Shown here piece by piece: positions 63,701 through 64,000 of a stretch of DNA of 64,000 nucleotides. The notes beneath the pieces were generated by a model. That model ran no database searches, was not told the origin of the DNA, and was given only the letters and a program-made list of their open reading frames with translations. The position numbers and the translations under genes are program-made. Position 1 is the stretch's first letter, and every line of letters starts with the position of its first letter. Source of the stretch: Planctomycetota bacterium (GTDB lineage Bacteria > Planctomycetota > GCA-002687715 > DRQF01); contig JAWKSY010000022.1 in NCBI GenBank assembly GCA_041402125.1, forward strand, positions 8,122 to 72,121. Direction: 5' to 3'.

Positions 63701-63904
63701 GCCGGCCTCGCGGTCTCGGACCGGATCGCCCTGCGGGTGACCCCGCCGGAGTCCGCCCGGACGGCCCTCGAGACCTTCGCGGGCTTCGTCTCCGAGCAGG
63801 TCCTCGCCGGCTCCTTCGAGCTCGTCCCCGCCGCCGCGGGCGCCCACCGGGCCGAGCACGAGCTCGCGGGCGGCGCCTGCGTCATCGCCTTCGATCGGGC
63901 CTGA
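60740..63904 (+). CDS. ileS: Isoleucine--tRNA ligase, type 2 (eukaryote/actinobacterial-like, no C-terminal zinc finger)
   Basis: The HIGH-class motif is [20 protein letters not shown], the CP1 editing domain is present and the KMSKS-class motif is [12 protein letters not shown]. The RBS is AGGAAGGAG. The 1138-aa track ORF starts at an upstream in-frame site. Confidence 0.9.
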   Translation: [1054 protein letters not shown]

Positions 63905-64000
63905 TCCGCCCGCCGATTCTCTCCGCGTCGTTTCATCCGGGAACAGCGCGCCGCGGAAGATGCACGTACGGTGCCAGTCACCGGATGTGCATTTCCGTTC

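Noticed and set aside
1-64000. CRISPR arrays, transposases, integrases and phage genes
   Set aside because: No regularly spaced direct repeats were seen, and no recognisable mobile-element or phage proteins were found in any frame. The only repeats are the 31-bp palindromes reported above, which lack spacer-like periodicity.

Overview
This 64 kb window is a very high-GC (~70%) chromosomal stretch from a Gram-negative bacterium. The DUF1592(CxxCH)/DUF1552 gene pair, tricorn protease, sulfatase and GH95/GH29 fucosidases point to a Planctomycetota-, Gemmatimonadota- or Acidobacteriota-like lifestyle. That placement is low confidence. Because of the GC content, nearly every frame carries long spurious ORFs, so genes were called only where the translated protein is recognisable or shows strong GC3 codon bias.

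From start to end the window contains:
- an M20 amidohydrolase truncated at the window edge;
- an ECF sigma/anti-sigma pair followed by a 4-bp-overlapping Xre-antitoxin/RES-toxin/SixA-phosphatase cassette;
- an AbgT transporter with an aberrant central segment, and an Npt/TLC-like transporter;
- a Tat-exported NmrA-like oxidoreductase;
- a GH95 fucosidase (N-terminal PA14) co-transcribed with a Cys-rich multi-zinc-ribbon protein;
- an acyltransferase-3 / TetR / SAM-methyltransferase group;
- a YdjM-like hydrolase and a formylglycine-type sulfatase;
- a zinc-independent ribosomal paralog pair (S14 C-minus + L31 type B) with a clean intrinsic terminator;
- a FAD oxidoreductase, an APH-like kinase, tricorn protease and an SDR;
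- a metallophosphoesterase translationally coupled to a frameshifted PD40-M28-PDZ peptidase;
- a two-gene hypothetical secreted/membrane operon, DUF1232, an NHL lipoprotein, map and cysS (divergent), PhoD and a DksA-like gene;
- a DUF1592/DUF1552 pair, a secreted triple-YHS-domain protein with an Asp10-His tail, and a VOC protein;
- two divergently transcribed paralogous ~900-aa secreted HExxH proteins;
- DinB_2, a GH29 fucosidase with an F5/8-C domain, and a FecBCD-type ABC operon with a fourth membrane gene;
- an ~870-bp structured noncoding region holding a non-canonical tRNA-like element;
- an SPFH protein, a Ser/Thr kinase fused to four zinc ribbons, and ileS.

The most unusual sequence-level signal is a family of 31-bp AT-rich perfect palindromes, TGAATAAA-N-GGGGTC-W-GACCCC-N-TTTATTCA. 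Five copies sit in three loci, all exactly at gene ends, and they behave like conserved bidirectional terminator or REP-like elements.

Several loci show compensating-indel or frameshift signatures: AbgT, the M28 peptidase, and a 6-nt anticodon loop in the tRNA-like element. These suggest either pseudogenisation or indel-type sequence errors. No CRISPR array, transposase or integrase was found.
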